From: Candidatus Heimdallarchaeota archaeon
GTDB taxonomy: Archaea; Asgardarchaeota; Heimdallarchaeia; Heimdallarchaeales; Kariarchaeaceae
NCBI GenBank assembly: GCA_030149205.1
Contig: JASBSB010000001.1
Coordinates: forward strand, 660,001 to 692,000
Direction of reading: 5' to 3'
Length of the DNA stretch: 32,000 nucleotides
Shown piece after piece: positions 1-8,155 of the stretch. Both the position numbers and the translations under genes were made by a program. The notes below the pieces were generated by a model. The model worked only from the letters and a program-made list of their open reading frames with translations, was not told the DNA's origin and made no database searches. Within the stretch, counting starts at the first letter, position 1; the number at the start of each line of letters is the position of its first letter.

Positions 1-242
1 TGAATCATTTTATCTGTAGTTCCAAAGCCACCGTGATCTAAAATTGTAAGTGTGTTTTCTACAAAATATGGATTTAAACGCTTAGCCCCAGTCATTCTAA
101 ATTTAGGAATCGCAACCATGGGTAACATTTCGTTGCTGAGAATAGAAGAGGGACCCACATCTACCCTGTCCCCTGCAAACACAGGTTCTTTTTGCAATGA
201 ATGCTCACTGAGGATTTTTTCTGTAACTGTTTGGTCTTCCAC
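1..242 (-). CDS. Aconitase-family large subunit (LeuC/HacA-like), N-terminal part; runs off the window start
   Basis: Not in the ORF track. Manual translation from GTG at 242 gives MEDQTVTEKILSEHSLQKEPVFAGDRVDVGPSSILSNEMLPMVAIPKFRMTGAKRL...TILDHGGFG, matching the TxTEKIL...V.xGD.V...DH N-terminus of isopropylmalate/homoaconitate dehydratase large subunits. In-frame stop at 264-266 and no ATG upstream. Confidence 0.65.
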   Translation of the reverse strand, partial: MEDQTVTEKILSEHSLQKEPVFAGDRVDVGPSSILSNEMLPMVAIPKFRMTGAKRLNPYFVENTLTILDHGGFGTTDKMI

Positions 243-308
243 AGGTTTATAGTAATTAAAAGTTTAAAGCTCTATTTTCTTGTGAACTTAAATTTATCAA
301 CTTTTAAC

Positions 309-896
309 TCAAATTCTATATCTTGCATGCAAGAATAAACGAAAAGTTTTGCTTTTGTTATTAACATATTTTACAAATCTTTGATACCCTGATAATGTAT
401 GAACAATACCTACGCTATTTGGGGCAATAGGTAGGGTGTAATACTGATCAGAACCCAAATAATAGGTGATCTGGCCTCCTGCAGTTACATCATCCCAACC
501 TTCAGTGAAATCAATAAAGACATCAAGTCCTTCCTCCAGATTTGCATCATCGTGCATTACAGTGTAATCTTTCCATTCATATTTCGAGACTGTAAGTTTG
601 TTTAATTTAAGCCCTTCGATTTCTGTGACTCCTTCAAGGAAAAGTAGTAATTCCTTAGATTCAAATAAATTTGTTAACCGTTCTGAAATTTTATCCTGTG
701 AAGAATATGAATACATTATGGGATTTATAACTTTTACAAAGCTTCCATCAAGAATCTCTTTCCTCAACTCTTGATACATCTCTGGTTTTAAAAATTCAAA
801 AAGAACAACACTCTGAAAAACATTGTCAGACTTGAATTGTTCAGTTAAGACAGGAAAGTTGTCCACTATTGTATATACATCATTCATCAGATTCAT
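309..896 (-). CDS. Ofd1/Tpa1/OGFOD1 C-terminal (non-catalytic DSBH) domain as a stand-alone protein
   Basis: DYTVMHDD...LDVFIDFTEGWDD..AGGQITY...TLPIAPNSVGIVH....RFVKYVN parallels the recalled human OGFOD1 C-domain (HYTLIHD...[22 protein letters not shown]...LTVNPESNSLALVYRD...KFVKHIN). Start could be the ATG at 887. Confidence 0.8.
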   Translation of the reverse strand: MNLMNDVYTIVDNFPVLTEQFKSDNVFQSVVLFEFLKPEMYQELRKEILDGSFVKVINPIMYSYSSQDKISERLTNLFESKELLLFLEGVTEIEGLKLNKLTVSKYEWKDYTVMHDDANLEEGLDVFIDFTEGWDDVTAGGQITYYLGSDQYYTLPIAPNSVGIVHTLSGYQRFVKYVNNKSKTFRLFLHARYRI

Positions 897-1503
897 ATAA
901 CCACCCTGTTAAACTGACTCTAAAGTATTCACCCACCACTTCCTCAACTTCATGGAATGAGGTCGGGGTAACTTCAAAAAACATCAACCGATTGTATCGC
1001 GGTATGATTTTCTTTGTAACTATAGTTGGATAAGAATGCTCAGACTCAAATAAATTTAAAGATCCTCCAATTTTTTCTTTTAGATCGGTTAAGTAAAAAA
1101 TGAATGCAATTTTCCTCTCTGGTAACTTGTCATCATGACATATAAGATAGTCCGTGTCTGAATAGATATTTCCCGTCACATCCACCTTTTTCCGACTTAG
1201 TTTACACGAAGTTATTGCTTCAATAAAACTTTGAAATTCTTCAGATAGTAAAAAAGAAACAAACTCTCGAAATATTGGATTAGAGCTTTCTGAAAGGTCA
1301 CTTGTTTGTATAAATTGGAAGAGGTCAGCCTCTTTCAGAAAAAATTCTTCATCCTCCAACGCAGAAATGACCTCGTCAAGTTTCTCTTCTATGAAGAACT
1401 CATCAATTGCTAGATGAGGAAATGGTGAATTTTGCTTGTACTCCTCCTGGTACTCATCAACCTTCAGTTTGTGTGATGGATTGAATAGATCATTCACAAA
1501 CAT
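880..1503 (-). CDS. 2OG-Fe(II) prolyl hydroxylase, OGFOD1/Tpa1 N-terminal catalytic domain
   Basis: PFPH, DLFQFIQTSDL, YLICHDD (HxD), RKIAFIFYL, GGSLNLF, PRYNRLMFFEVTPTSFHEVEEV (distal His) and RVSLTGW (2OG-binding Arg) follow the OGFOD1/Tpa1 motif order. Confidence 0.9.
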   Translation of the reverse strand: MFVNDLFNPSHKLKVDEYQEEYKQNSPFPHLAIDEFFIEEKLDEVISALEDEEFFLKEADLFQFIQTSDLSESSNPIFREFVSFLLSEEFQSFIEAITSCKLSRKKVDVTGNIYSDTDYLICHDDKLPERKIAFIFYLTDLKEKIGGSLNLFESEHSYPTIVTKKIIPRYNRLMFFEVTPTSFHEVEEVVGEYFRVSLTGWLYESDE

Positions 1504-1527
1504 AAATTGAATGAACTAACTATTAAC

Positions 1528-2730
1528 TCACTGGTAAGAAACTAAAATATTACCGATTACCAAGATTAACACTAAAACTTGTACAGATATTGACAAGAAA
1601 TTTCTAAATCCTTCTTTCACATATTGCAGGAGAAAAGAAAGAATCTTCCCCCCATCTGTGAAAGTGAATGGTAGAAGATTGTAAACCCCTACAGCTAAAT
1701 TCAGATTGGAAAGCCAAATTAAACTAAATGTTACAAAATATGGAAGAAGTGGAAGGAACCCAAAATTTGGGTAGTAGTTGGAAACTTTAATTCCTAAAGT
1801 TGATTTTGTATTATCTCCCCCAGTTTTTACAAGAACATCTGAATTTAATAGGTGAATTAACAATGTTGTATTTGCAGGGGTATGGTTCAAAACCCTAGTT
1901 AAGTCATAAACTGATGTGATAGCAACTTTGCCATAACTCTGATTGAACTCATTTATTCTGCTTATTCCAACTATTATATCTCCAGTATGCAATGGCTGAT
2001 AGTTAGGACTATAAGTGCTAAATCCATCAACTACAACACCTCCTGGACTCCCATAGAGATATGGCACAAAAAAGAGTAGAATTAAGAACAACAAGCTGAA
2101 GACTATATTTAATGTTACACCTGAACTTAGAATAGATAGCTTTCTAATTGATTTTTCTTTATCATTCATCCTAAATTGCTCTGAATTGTTTTTTGATTCC
2201 TCTGAATTATTTCCATTCTCGATTATTATTGATCCATCTTCTTCAGATTCCTCACCTAAATCCACAAAAGCACCTATAAAAACCAAGAAAACTCCAATCC
2301 CAATCCTTTTCACTTGAACTCCCATTGCGGTTGCAGCCATTAAATGTCCAAATTCGTGTAAAAGCAACGCAATAAACACTGCTATCAATATTATCAACAC
2401 CTCAGGTATTGAATAAAGATATATCGGGGTTGCAACTATTAAACCTCCAGAGAATTGAAAAAGGTTCCAAGCTAAGACAAGTGGGACTGTGAAGAACAAG
2501 GTAAGAGTGATTACAACTGAAAGCTTGAGGTATGACCTTACCAGACCTTTTAGACCTTCAATTCTTTCTATGAGCTTAGAAGAATCACTAATCTGGTACT
2601 GATAAATTGCATAGAAATAGGAGACAAAAATACCAAATTGTCTAAAATCAATGAAATAGGCAGAGATAATTAAGACTACCCAAAGGGATACAATTATTCC
2701 AAAAAATATGAGTAGGCTATAAAGAGACAA
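1528..2730 (-). CDS. Site-2 protease (M50 family intramembrane zinc metalloprotease) with a PDZ-like insert
   Basis: HEFGH zinc motif, GAFVD, C-terminal NLLPxxxxDGG, multiple hydrophobic segments; soluble region resembling PDZ (GVVV...LHTGDIIVGI). Confidence 0.9.
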   Translation of the reverse strand: MSLYSLLIFFGIIVSLWVVLIISAYFIDFRQFGIFVSYFYAIYQYQISDSSKLIERIEGLKGLVRSYLKLSVVITLTLFFTVPLVLAWNLFQFSGGLIVATPIYLYSIPEVLIILIAVFIALLLHEFGHLMAATAMGVQVKRIGIGVFLVFIGAFVDLGEESEEDGSIIIENGNNSEESKNNSEQFRMNDKEKSIRKLSILSSGVTLNIVFSLLFLILLFFVPYLYGSPGGVVVDGFSTYSPNYQPLHTGDIIVGISRINEFNQSYGKVAITSVYDLTRVLNHTPANTTLLIHLLNSDVLVKTGGDNTKSTLGIKVSNYYPNFGFLPLLPYFVTFSLIWLSNLNLAVGVYNLLPFTFTDGGKILSFLLQYVKEGFRNFLSISVQVLVLILVIGNILVSYQ

Positions 2731-2763
2731 TTATTTTTCCTTCATCTTCGCAACTTAATAAAT

Positions 2764-3132
2764 TCATCTAATTGCAGGAGAATTTTTTATTAGTATGTGA
2801 CTGTCCAAATACGCTAGAAAAGCAAAAATTGAAAGAAAGATCAAGTTTAAAATTAGCAATGAATTAGAGCCAAAGGGTAGGAAAATACTACTAAGGCTAT
2901 TCAGGTAATCATATCCATAAATTCTGAAGTTAATATTTCTGCTGATAAAATAAAAATTCATAAGGGATAGAACCAAGCCTATAAACCCTAGATTAAAGGA
3001 GAGAATGATGACGGTTTTTTTAACGAAGCCAATTTTTTCAAATTTCTCAGAGGTACTCAAGTACTGTTCTTCCAGCTCATCAACTATTTCTTCCTGTTCT
3101 TCCTCAGAGAACTTAGAATTTTCTTTCTCCAC
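2764..3132 (-). CDS. Hypothetical membrane protein: acidic N-terminus and two hydrophobic segments
   Basis: 122-aa ORF co-oriented 33 bp upstream of the site-2 protease gene; composition seen directly in the translation. Confidence 0.6.
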   Translation of the reverse strand: MEKENSKFSEEEQEEIVDELEEQYLSTSEKFEKIGFVKKTVIILSFNLGFIGLVLSLMNFYFISRNINFRIYGYDYLNSLSSIFLPFGSNSLLILNLIFLSIFAFLAYLDSHILIKNSPAIR

Positions 3133-3276
3133 AAATTCAGTTAAACTAATGATTGAAAAAAATTTTCCTAACCAAAGCAGTGTTTGCTAGAAAAATTGAG
3201 TCAAATTATCTTAAACACTTAGTTTAATTTTGCAATTATCAAGAAAGTTTAATGTGTAAACATCCATTGAAGTTCA

Positions 3277-4020
3277 ATGAAAAAGATTGATAAACTCCTT
3301 GAATTTCTCAACGATACTTCTAATGATCCATGGAAAAGAGGGGAGGTAGCTACTGAAATTGGTGACCTTGGAGATTCTAAGGCTTTAGCTCCGCTCATTA
3401 AACATCTTCACAATGATGAACATGATTTCGTAAGAAGAGATTGTGCAGAGGCATTAGGGTTGCTTGAGGATGATCGTGCTGTTGATGACTTAATTAAAGC
3501 AATGAAAGAAGACAGCTTTAGATATACCAGAAATGAAGCCGCTGAAGCACTGGGTAAACTTGAGGATACAAAGGCGATACCAGCACTCCTAGACTTTTTA
3601 CATAATGAGACATGGGAATTTGGCAGAGCTTCTGCTGCACTTTCGCTTGCTGAGATTGGAGATAAATCAGTTGTCACGGAAATTGTTGATCAAATTAAAA
3701 AAGAGGATCAGTTTTTCGTCAGAAGAGATATGTTAAAAGCTCTGCTAAAGTTAAAAGACCCGAGATCTACTTCTCTAACCATAGACCTGTTATTAAATGA
3801 TGAAAATTGGGAAGTTAGGTTACAAGCTGCAACAAACTTAGGATGGATACAGACAAAAATGGGAACCAAAGCCTTGGTCCAGGGACTCAAAAGAGACCCG
3901 CATATGTTTGTTAGGAAGGAATGTGAGAACTCACTAATTCACATAGCAGGTGATCATCGAATAAAATGGACGACTGCTGAGGCATTACTTGCGAATCTTG
4001 AGGAAATGGAGTTTGATTAA
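3277..4020 (+). CDS. HEAT-repeat (PBS lyase HEAT-like) protein
   Basis: About six repeats of the form D...vRxxAAxALGxLxDxxAvxxLixxL. Confidence 0.85.
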   Translation: MKKIDKLLEFLNDTSNDPWKRGEVATEIGDLGDSKALAPLIKHLHNDEHDFVRRDCAEALGLLEDDRAVDDLIKAMKEDSFRYTRNEAAEALGKLEDTKAIPALLDFLHNETWEFGRASAALSLAEIGDKSVVTEIVDQIKKEDQFFVRRDMLKALLKLKDPRSTSLTIDLLLNDENWEVRLQAATNLGWIQTKMGTKALVQGLKRDPHMFVRKECENSLIHIAGDHRIKWTTAEALLANLEEMEFD

Positions 4021-4325
4021 CCCCTTGCTTTTTTAGTTAGTATCTCAAGAAGCTTCAGTTCGTCTTTTGATAATCCATCTGTCAATTCAGCAAGTTCATA
4101 AGATTGTAAAATTATTTGTTCTTTAATACCCTCGAGGAGTTCTTTTTCATCATCAGAAATAAAACCATCCTCTAAAGCCTCATTTAATGCTTCATCATAC
4201 AGCATGAGGTTAATTTGAGCTTCTGTTAACAACTCAACCTCTTCTTCAGTTAATTTACCATCTGCTTGTGCAATCTTAGTCATTTGTTCTATAATTTTAG
4301 AAAAAACTTCATCATCAGTAGCCAT
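4017..4325 (-). CDS. Small acidic TerB-like protein with three xDGx[LI][ST]xxE repeats
   Basis: ADGKLTEEE, EDGFISDDE and TDGLSKDE. Start placed at the ATG at 4325; the ORF track uses 4340. Confidence 0.7.
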   Translation of the reverse strand: MATDDEVFSKIIEQMTKIAQADGKLTEEEVELLTEAQINLMLYDEALNEALEDGFISDDEKELLEGIKEQIILQSYELAELTDGLSKDELKLLEILTKKARG

Positions 4326-4435
4326 AGTAGTGACATGCAATAGAACAAACTAAAACCTTTTGCCAATTCATTGTATAATTATAAGATAAACACACGTTAT
4401 CTTAAATTTCTTAAATAGATAAGATATTTCATCTT

Positions 4436-4699
4436 ATGAGTAACAACCCAACAAGTTTGCTGCTTGATTTTGATGGATGGAAGCGAGCGGTAAACCCTGC
4501 GGTGAGGGTGATCGGTTACACTGCAGCCCTATTTGTACTACTGTATATCGTGATAATTTTTCCTGCATTTTTTTTAGGAGCACAAGTTTTTTCATTTGCT
4601 GGAACGTTGGTAACCTTCCTGACCACCTTTGGATTTGTGGTATCTTTTTTTAAAGTGATTGAGGAGGAGCAGAACAAGGGCAGAATTAAACTGTTATAA
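4436..4699 (+). CDS. Hypothetical small two-helix membrane protein
   Basis: 87-aa ORF with two hydrophobic stretches, 11 bp upstream of the oxidoreductase gene. Confidence 0.6.
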   Translation: MSNNPTSLLLDFDGWKRAVNPAVRVIGYTAALFVLLYIVIIFPAFFLGAQVFSFAGTLVTFLTTFGFVVSFFKVIEEEQNKGRIKLL

Positions 4700-4710
4700 C
4701 AGGTGGAATC

Positions 4711-5457
4711 ATGGAAAAATACAAACTAAAAATAATTGAGATAATTAAAGAAACAGAGAATATACATAGCTTTAAAATTGAAAAACCATCAAATTTCAAC
4801 TTTTTTCCAGGTCAATTCTGCTGGTTGAACACTGAATCTGAGGATGTAAACTTTACTCCGATGGCAATAGCATCTGGGATACTAGAAAATGAATTGAAAT
4901 TTACTGTTCGGGTATGGGGTGATACAACAAAGGCATTGTTCAACTTAAAAGAGGGAGACATTCTTACGGTTTCAGAACCTCAAGGAACTGGAATACCATT
5001 AAATATACTTTCAACGAAAAAGGTAATTGGGATTGCTGGTGGAACAGGGATAACACCAATAAGAAGTTTAATTTTTTCTAGAACCGACAAATCACTTACT
5101 GAAGTTGCATATGGAGCAAAAGAATCAACAGACTTGCTTTATAAAAATGAGTTATCTAAGCTAAGTATAAATTCTTACCTTACTACTGAAAAGGAGGAAC
5201 CTGGGTTTCATAATGGATTAGTTACTGATCTCCTTTCGAAAATAGTCCCTGCTAATGAAAATTCATTCTATTTTATAGTTGGCCCTAATCCCATGATTAC
5301 AGCTGTACTATCTAAATTATACGAGTTGAAAGTTCCCACTAGCCACATTTTTCTAAGTGTTGAAAAATTTGTAAACCGTGATGTTTTCGGCCCTGTTTTC
5401 CCTCTAGAGGAACTTGTAAATCTAAGACAGTTTTTGGTTAATCTATTACCTGAGTAA
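4711..5457 (+). CDS. FAD/NAD(P)-binding oxidoreductase, FNR superfamily (PyrK/AsrB/HydG-like), lacking the [2Fe-2S] cysteines
   Basis: FxPGQF, PMAIAS, GxTTxAL..LKEGD, IAGGTGITPIRS, YGAK, VGPNPM, terminal GPVF. Confidence 0.85.
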   Translation: MEKYKLKIIEIIKETENIHSFKIEKPSNFNFFPGQFCWLNTESEDVNFTPMAIASGILENELKFTVRVWGDTTKALFNLKEGDILTVSEPQGTGIPLNILSTKKVIGIAGGTGITPIRSLIFSRTDKSLTEVAYGAKESTDLLYKNELSKLSINSYLTTEKEEPGFHNGLVTDLLSKIVPANENSFYFIVGPNPMITAVLSKLYELKVPTSHIFLSVEKFVNRDVFGPVFPLEELVNLRQFLVNLLPE

Positions 5458-5506
5458 ACTATTGGCTTTGAAAAATTTCCTATTAAGTTAAAATATTAAA
5501 TTTGAT

Positions 5507-5971
5507 TTATTCTGCTTGCTCTGCAGTAAGGGTCACTGACCCACCAGCAGCTTCAACCTTTTTGACAGCCTTTACAGTTGCCTTTTGAACGGTTATGTTT
5601 AATTTGTGAGTGACTTCTCCCTGAGAGAGCAGCTTTTTGTACCCAAGTTTATCAAGGTCAACATTGAAAACGTCTCCATCTTTGGTTACTAATTGTTGTT
5701 TAACCAAACGTTCTACCGATGTATTCAGATGTGATACATTAATGGTTGGAGATTTTTTCAGATATTTTTGAGGTCTGATAAATCCGTATTTTCCACTAAA
5801 TTTCTTTCTGTTAAGCTTTGCTTCTTTGATTACACTGATCCAATTATGACTGAACCTTCCTGCGTTTCCAGCTCCACCAGACATTCCTTTGCCTTTGTGA
5901 TCCTTAACCACACCATATCCATGTGATCTTGAACCTCTCATTCTTCTGACTTTCTTTCTTTTTCTGATCAT
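5507..5971 (-). CDS. rpl15: 50S ribosomal protein uL15
   Basis: RKRKKVRRMRGSRSHGYG..K.H.G.G..GG.G.AG; AVKKVEAAGGSV; spc-operon position. Confidence 0.97.
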   Translation of the reverse strand: MIRKRKKVRRMRGSRSHGYGVVKDHKGKGMSGGAGNAGRFSHNWISVIKEAKLNRKKFSGKYGFIRPQKYLKKSPTINVSHLNTSVERLVKQQLVTKDGDVFNVDLDKLGYKKLLSQGEVTHKLNITVQKATVKAVKKVEAAGGSVTLTAEQAE

Positions 5972-5972
5972 T

Positions 5973-6452
5973 TTAAGCCATCCTCATGATTAACTTCGAC
6001 ATCTCTTCACCTCTGTATCCAAGGTCTCCATTTCTGGTTACTGGATTTTTAAGGGATTTAAATCCCTTCTTAGGGGGGGAGAGTCTGAAGACAGGTCTGA
6101 ATTCAGGAATATCAGTTAGTTTTGCATTTCCCTCCAATAAAGCCTTTGCAAAATCGCTGATCGATTTGAATTCAGTATTCTTTTTTATGTAAGCATCGGT
6201 AATTTTCTTTCTACCGGTTAGTTCACCTCGCTTTTTGATGAGGTGGATCAGGGTTTTTTTGTCAACTGATCCCCATGTTACCCTATCCTTAGCCTTATCT
6301 AGCATTCCTTCCAAAGTGGGATTCTTCTGAAATACCACAGCGTGATTCACCTTATGAAGCCTAAGAAGCGAAAGTGTCTTTTTGACTGAATGTTCAGTAT
6401 CAGCTTGTCCTCTCAGCCTAACTATAACAATCATTTCATTATTTTCACTCAT
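5973..6452 (-). CDS. rpl30: 50S ribosomal protein uL30 (archaeal long form)
   Basis: VIVRLRG, TLSLLRLHKVNH, FRLSPPKKGF. Start placed at the ATG at 6452, 2 nt after the uS5 stop. Confidence 0.96.
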   Translation of the reverse strand: MSENNEMIVIVRLRGQADTEHSVKKTLSLLRLHKVNHAVVFQKNPTLEGMLDKAKDRVTWGSVDKKTLIHLIKKRGELTGRKKITDAYIKKNTEFKSISDFAKALLEGNAKLTDIPEFRPVFRLSPPKKGFKSLKNPVTRNGDLGYRGEEMSKLIMRMA

Positions 6453-6454
6453 GA

Positions 6455-7078
6455 TTACCACTCCGTTGGGGGAAGAACATCATAGGTTCTTTTCAAGGCA
6501 TCAAATGTTGCCAAAGCATAATTGCTTGTTGTTGATGTGGATCCTGATGTGCGGCTCCAAATATCATTGATTCCAGCAAAAGAAAGAACTGTTTGTCCAA
6601 CTTCACCTGCTGCAAGTCCAAGACCTCTAGGTGCAGGTATAAGTTGAACTTTAACTGAACCAGTTGATCCAGATGTCTTGAATGGGATGGAGTGTTTACC
6701 ACCACAGTTACATTCCCAAGAACCACAGCCTCTACGGATGGGTGCAATGTTTAATTTGGCGTTAAGAATCGACTTTCGGATAGCTGGCCCAGCTTCTCTC
6801 AGCTTAGCCTCACCGACACCGACATATCCACCTCTGTTGCCAACCACTGCTGTAGCTCTAAATTGCCTTTTTCTTCCAGCTCTGCTCATCTTTTGCACGA
6901 GTTTTATCTGAAGTAACTGATCCTCCAGATTTGGAAGTAGAAGATCCACGATTTGCCACTCTCGGATAATTAATCCTTTTTGAAAAATCTCATCAATAGA
7001 AGTGACCTTTCCTTCGAGTACATCTCTTCCAAGTCTTGTTTTTGGTTCCCAATCGTCCATTACACTGGTACTACTCAT
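6455..7078 (-). CDS. rps5: 30S ribosomal protein uS5
   Basis: WEPKTRLGR.V..G, RRGCGSWEC, LIPAPRGLGL.AG, NYALATFDAL. Confidence 0.98.
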   Translation of the reverse strand: MSSTSVMDDWEPKTRLGRDVLEGKVTSIDEIFQKGLIIREWQIVDLLLPNLEDQLLQIKLVQKMSRAGRKRQFRATAVVGNRGGYVGVGEAKLREAGPAIRKSILNAKLNIAPIRRGCGSWECNCGGKHSIPFKTSGSTGSVKVQLIPAPRGLGLAAGEVGQTVLSFAGINDIWSRTSGSTSTTSNYALATFDALKRTYDVLPPTEW

Positions 7079-7082
7079 AATC

Positions 7083-7670
7083 TTAGAACTCCTTGTCTAT
7101 TGCCTTTACAGTTTTGTCAAAGAAGCTCGCAATTTTCTCTGGGGCCTGTTTTGCCTTCAAATAACCTGCATATCTTTGTTTGTAAAGTTTATTGTCTTCT
7201 TTTTTCAAGGCTTCACTGTATTTTGCAATGTGTGAACCTTTGATTATTTCTTCATCTGGGAAAATATCCTCACCGGCGGGAATCTCTATTCCTGCGTCAA
7301 TCACACCTTTCAGGCATGCGAAGAGCCTCGTTTTGTTTTGAGGGTTCTGTACTCCTAAATCGAGAATAGCAAAATCAATACCGCTCTTAAGTGCCTTTTT
7401 CCCTGCTAAATAACCTGTTAGGTAAGCTGCGGGGATATTTCCACCATTGATATTCCAACCAAACTGAGAAAGATTCATTGAACTAGCGGATGTTAAAGTT
7501 TTGTCTCCATCAGCAAGTGATTCAACCATTTGAACTCTAATGTTTTTGGTTGATTTTCTTATTACTAATCTGATACTCCTTGATTTTAGAAGCTCTTTTC
7601 TTCTGTAAAAATTGGTCTTTCCCTCTCTTCTTCTTCGAAGAGCAACTCTATATCTAGGTCCATTTGCCAT
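7083..7670 (-). CDS. rpl18: 50S ribosomal protein uL18
   Basis: MANGPRYRVALRRRREGKTN, RLVIRKS, AAYLTGYLAG, LKGVIDAG; GGTGA Shine-Dalgarno upstream. Confidence 0.98.
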   Translation of the reverse strand: MANGPRYRVALRRRREGKTNFYRRKELLKSRSIRLVIRKSTKNIRVQMVESLADGDKTLTSASSMNLSQFGWNINGGNIPAAYLTGYLAGKKALKSGIDFAILDLGVQNPQNKTRLFACLKGVIDAGIEIPAGEDIFPDEEIIKGSHIAKYSEALKKEDNKLYKQRYAGYLKAKQAPEKIASFFDKTVKAIDKEF

Positions 7671-7675
7671 TTATA

Positions 7676-8155
7676 TCACCTGTTGTAGGGAGGGATTTTT
7701 TTCTCTGCAAGACCTCGCTCAGAAATGACACTTGAAAGATATCTGACACTTCTGAATAGATTCCCTTTTGCTTGCAGGTATAATGTTCTGTAGGTATTAG
7801 GAGTGATGTACCCCTCATCTCTAAGTTTCTTCAGGTACTTTCTTTGAGCCCTGATTTTATTGATCCATACGGTCTTTTGATTGCTTCTCGCATTCAAACT
7901 CCCTTTCCTGGATCCTAAGCCTTTACGTTGACCACGTTGACGTTTTGGGTGATTTTTCCTCGCGTTTCTTCTACTGGTGCCAATTACCTTTCTTTTTGAA
8001 ATCACACCAGAAGAGATCAATTTTTCTATGTCTGCACGAGTTAAAGCCAAAGCTACATCATTTATCTTATGATGTTCTGGATCGATGTGAACACGATTCA
8101 CTCCAACCTTCAATATGCTGGATGCCATCTTACGCTGAGCCTTTAAATTGGTCAT
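7676..8155 (-). CDS. rpl19e: 50S ribosomal protein eL19
   Basis: NLKAQRKMASSILKVGVNRV.IDP, RKGLGSRKG, WINKIRAQR, YRTLYLQAKG. Confidence 0.98.
   Translation of the reverse strand: MTNLKAQRKMASSILKVGVNRVHIDPEHHKINDVALALTRADIEKLISSGVISKRKVIGTSRRNARKNHPKRQRGQRKGLGSRKGSLNARSNQKTVWINKIRAQRKYLKKLRDEGYITPNTYRTLYLQAKGNLFRSVRYLSSVISERGLAEKKIPPYNR

Noticed and set aside
52-252. 66-aa plus-strand ORF in the track
   Set aside because: Antisense shadow of the aconitase-family gene on the minus strand.
880-896. Programmed frameshift fusing the two Ofd1 halves
   Set aside because: No slippery run or downstream structure is evident at the overlap, and the second gene has its own ATGs at 896 and 887.
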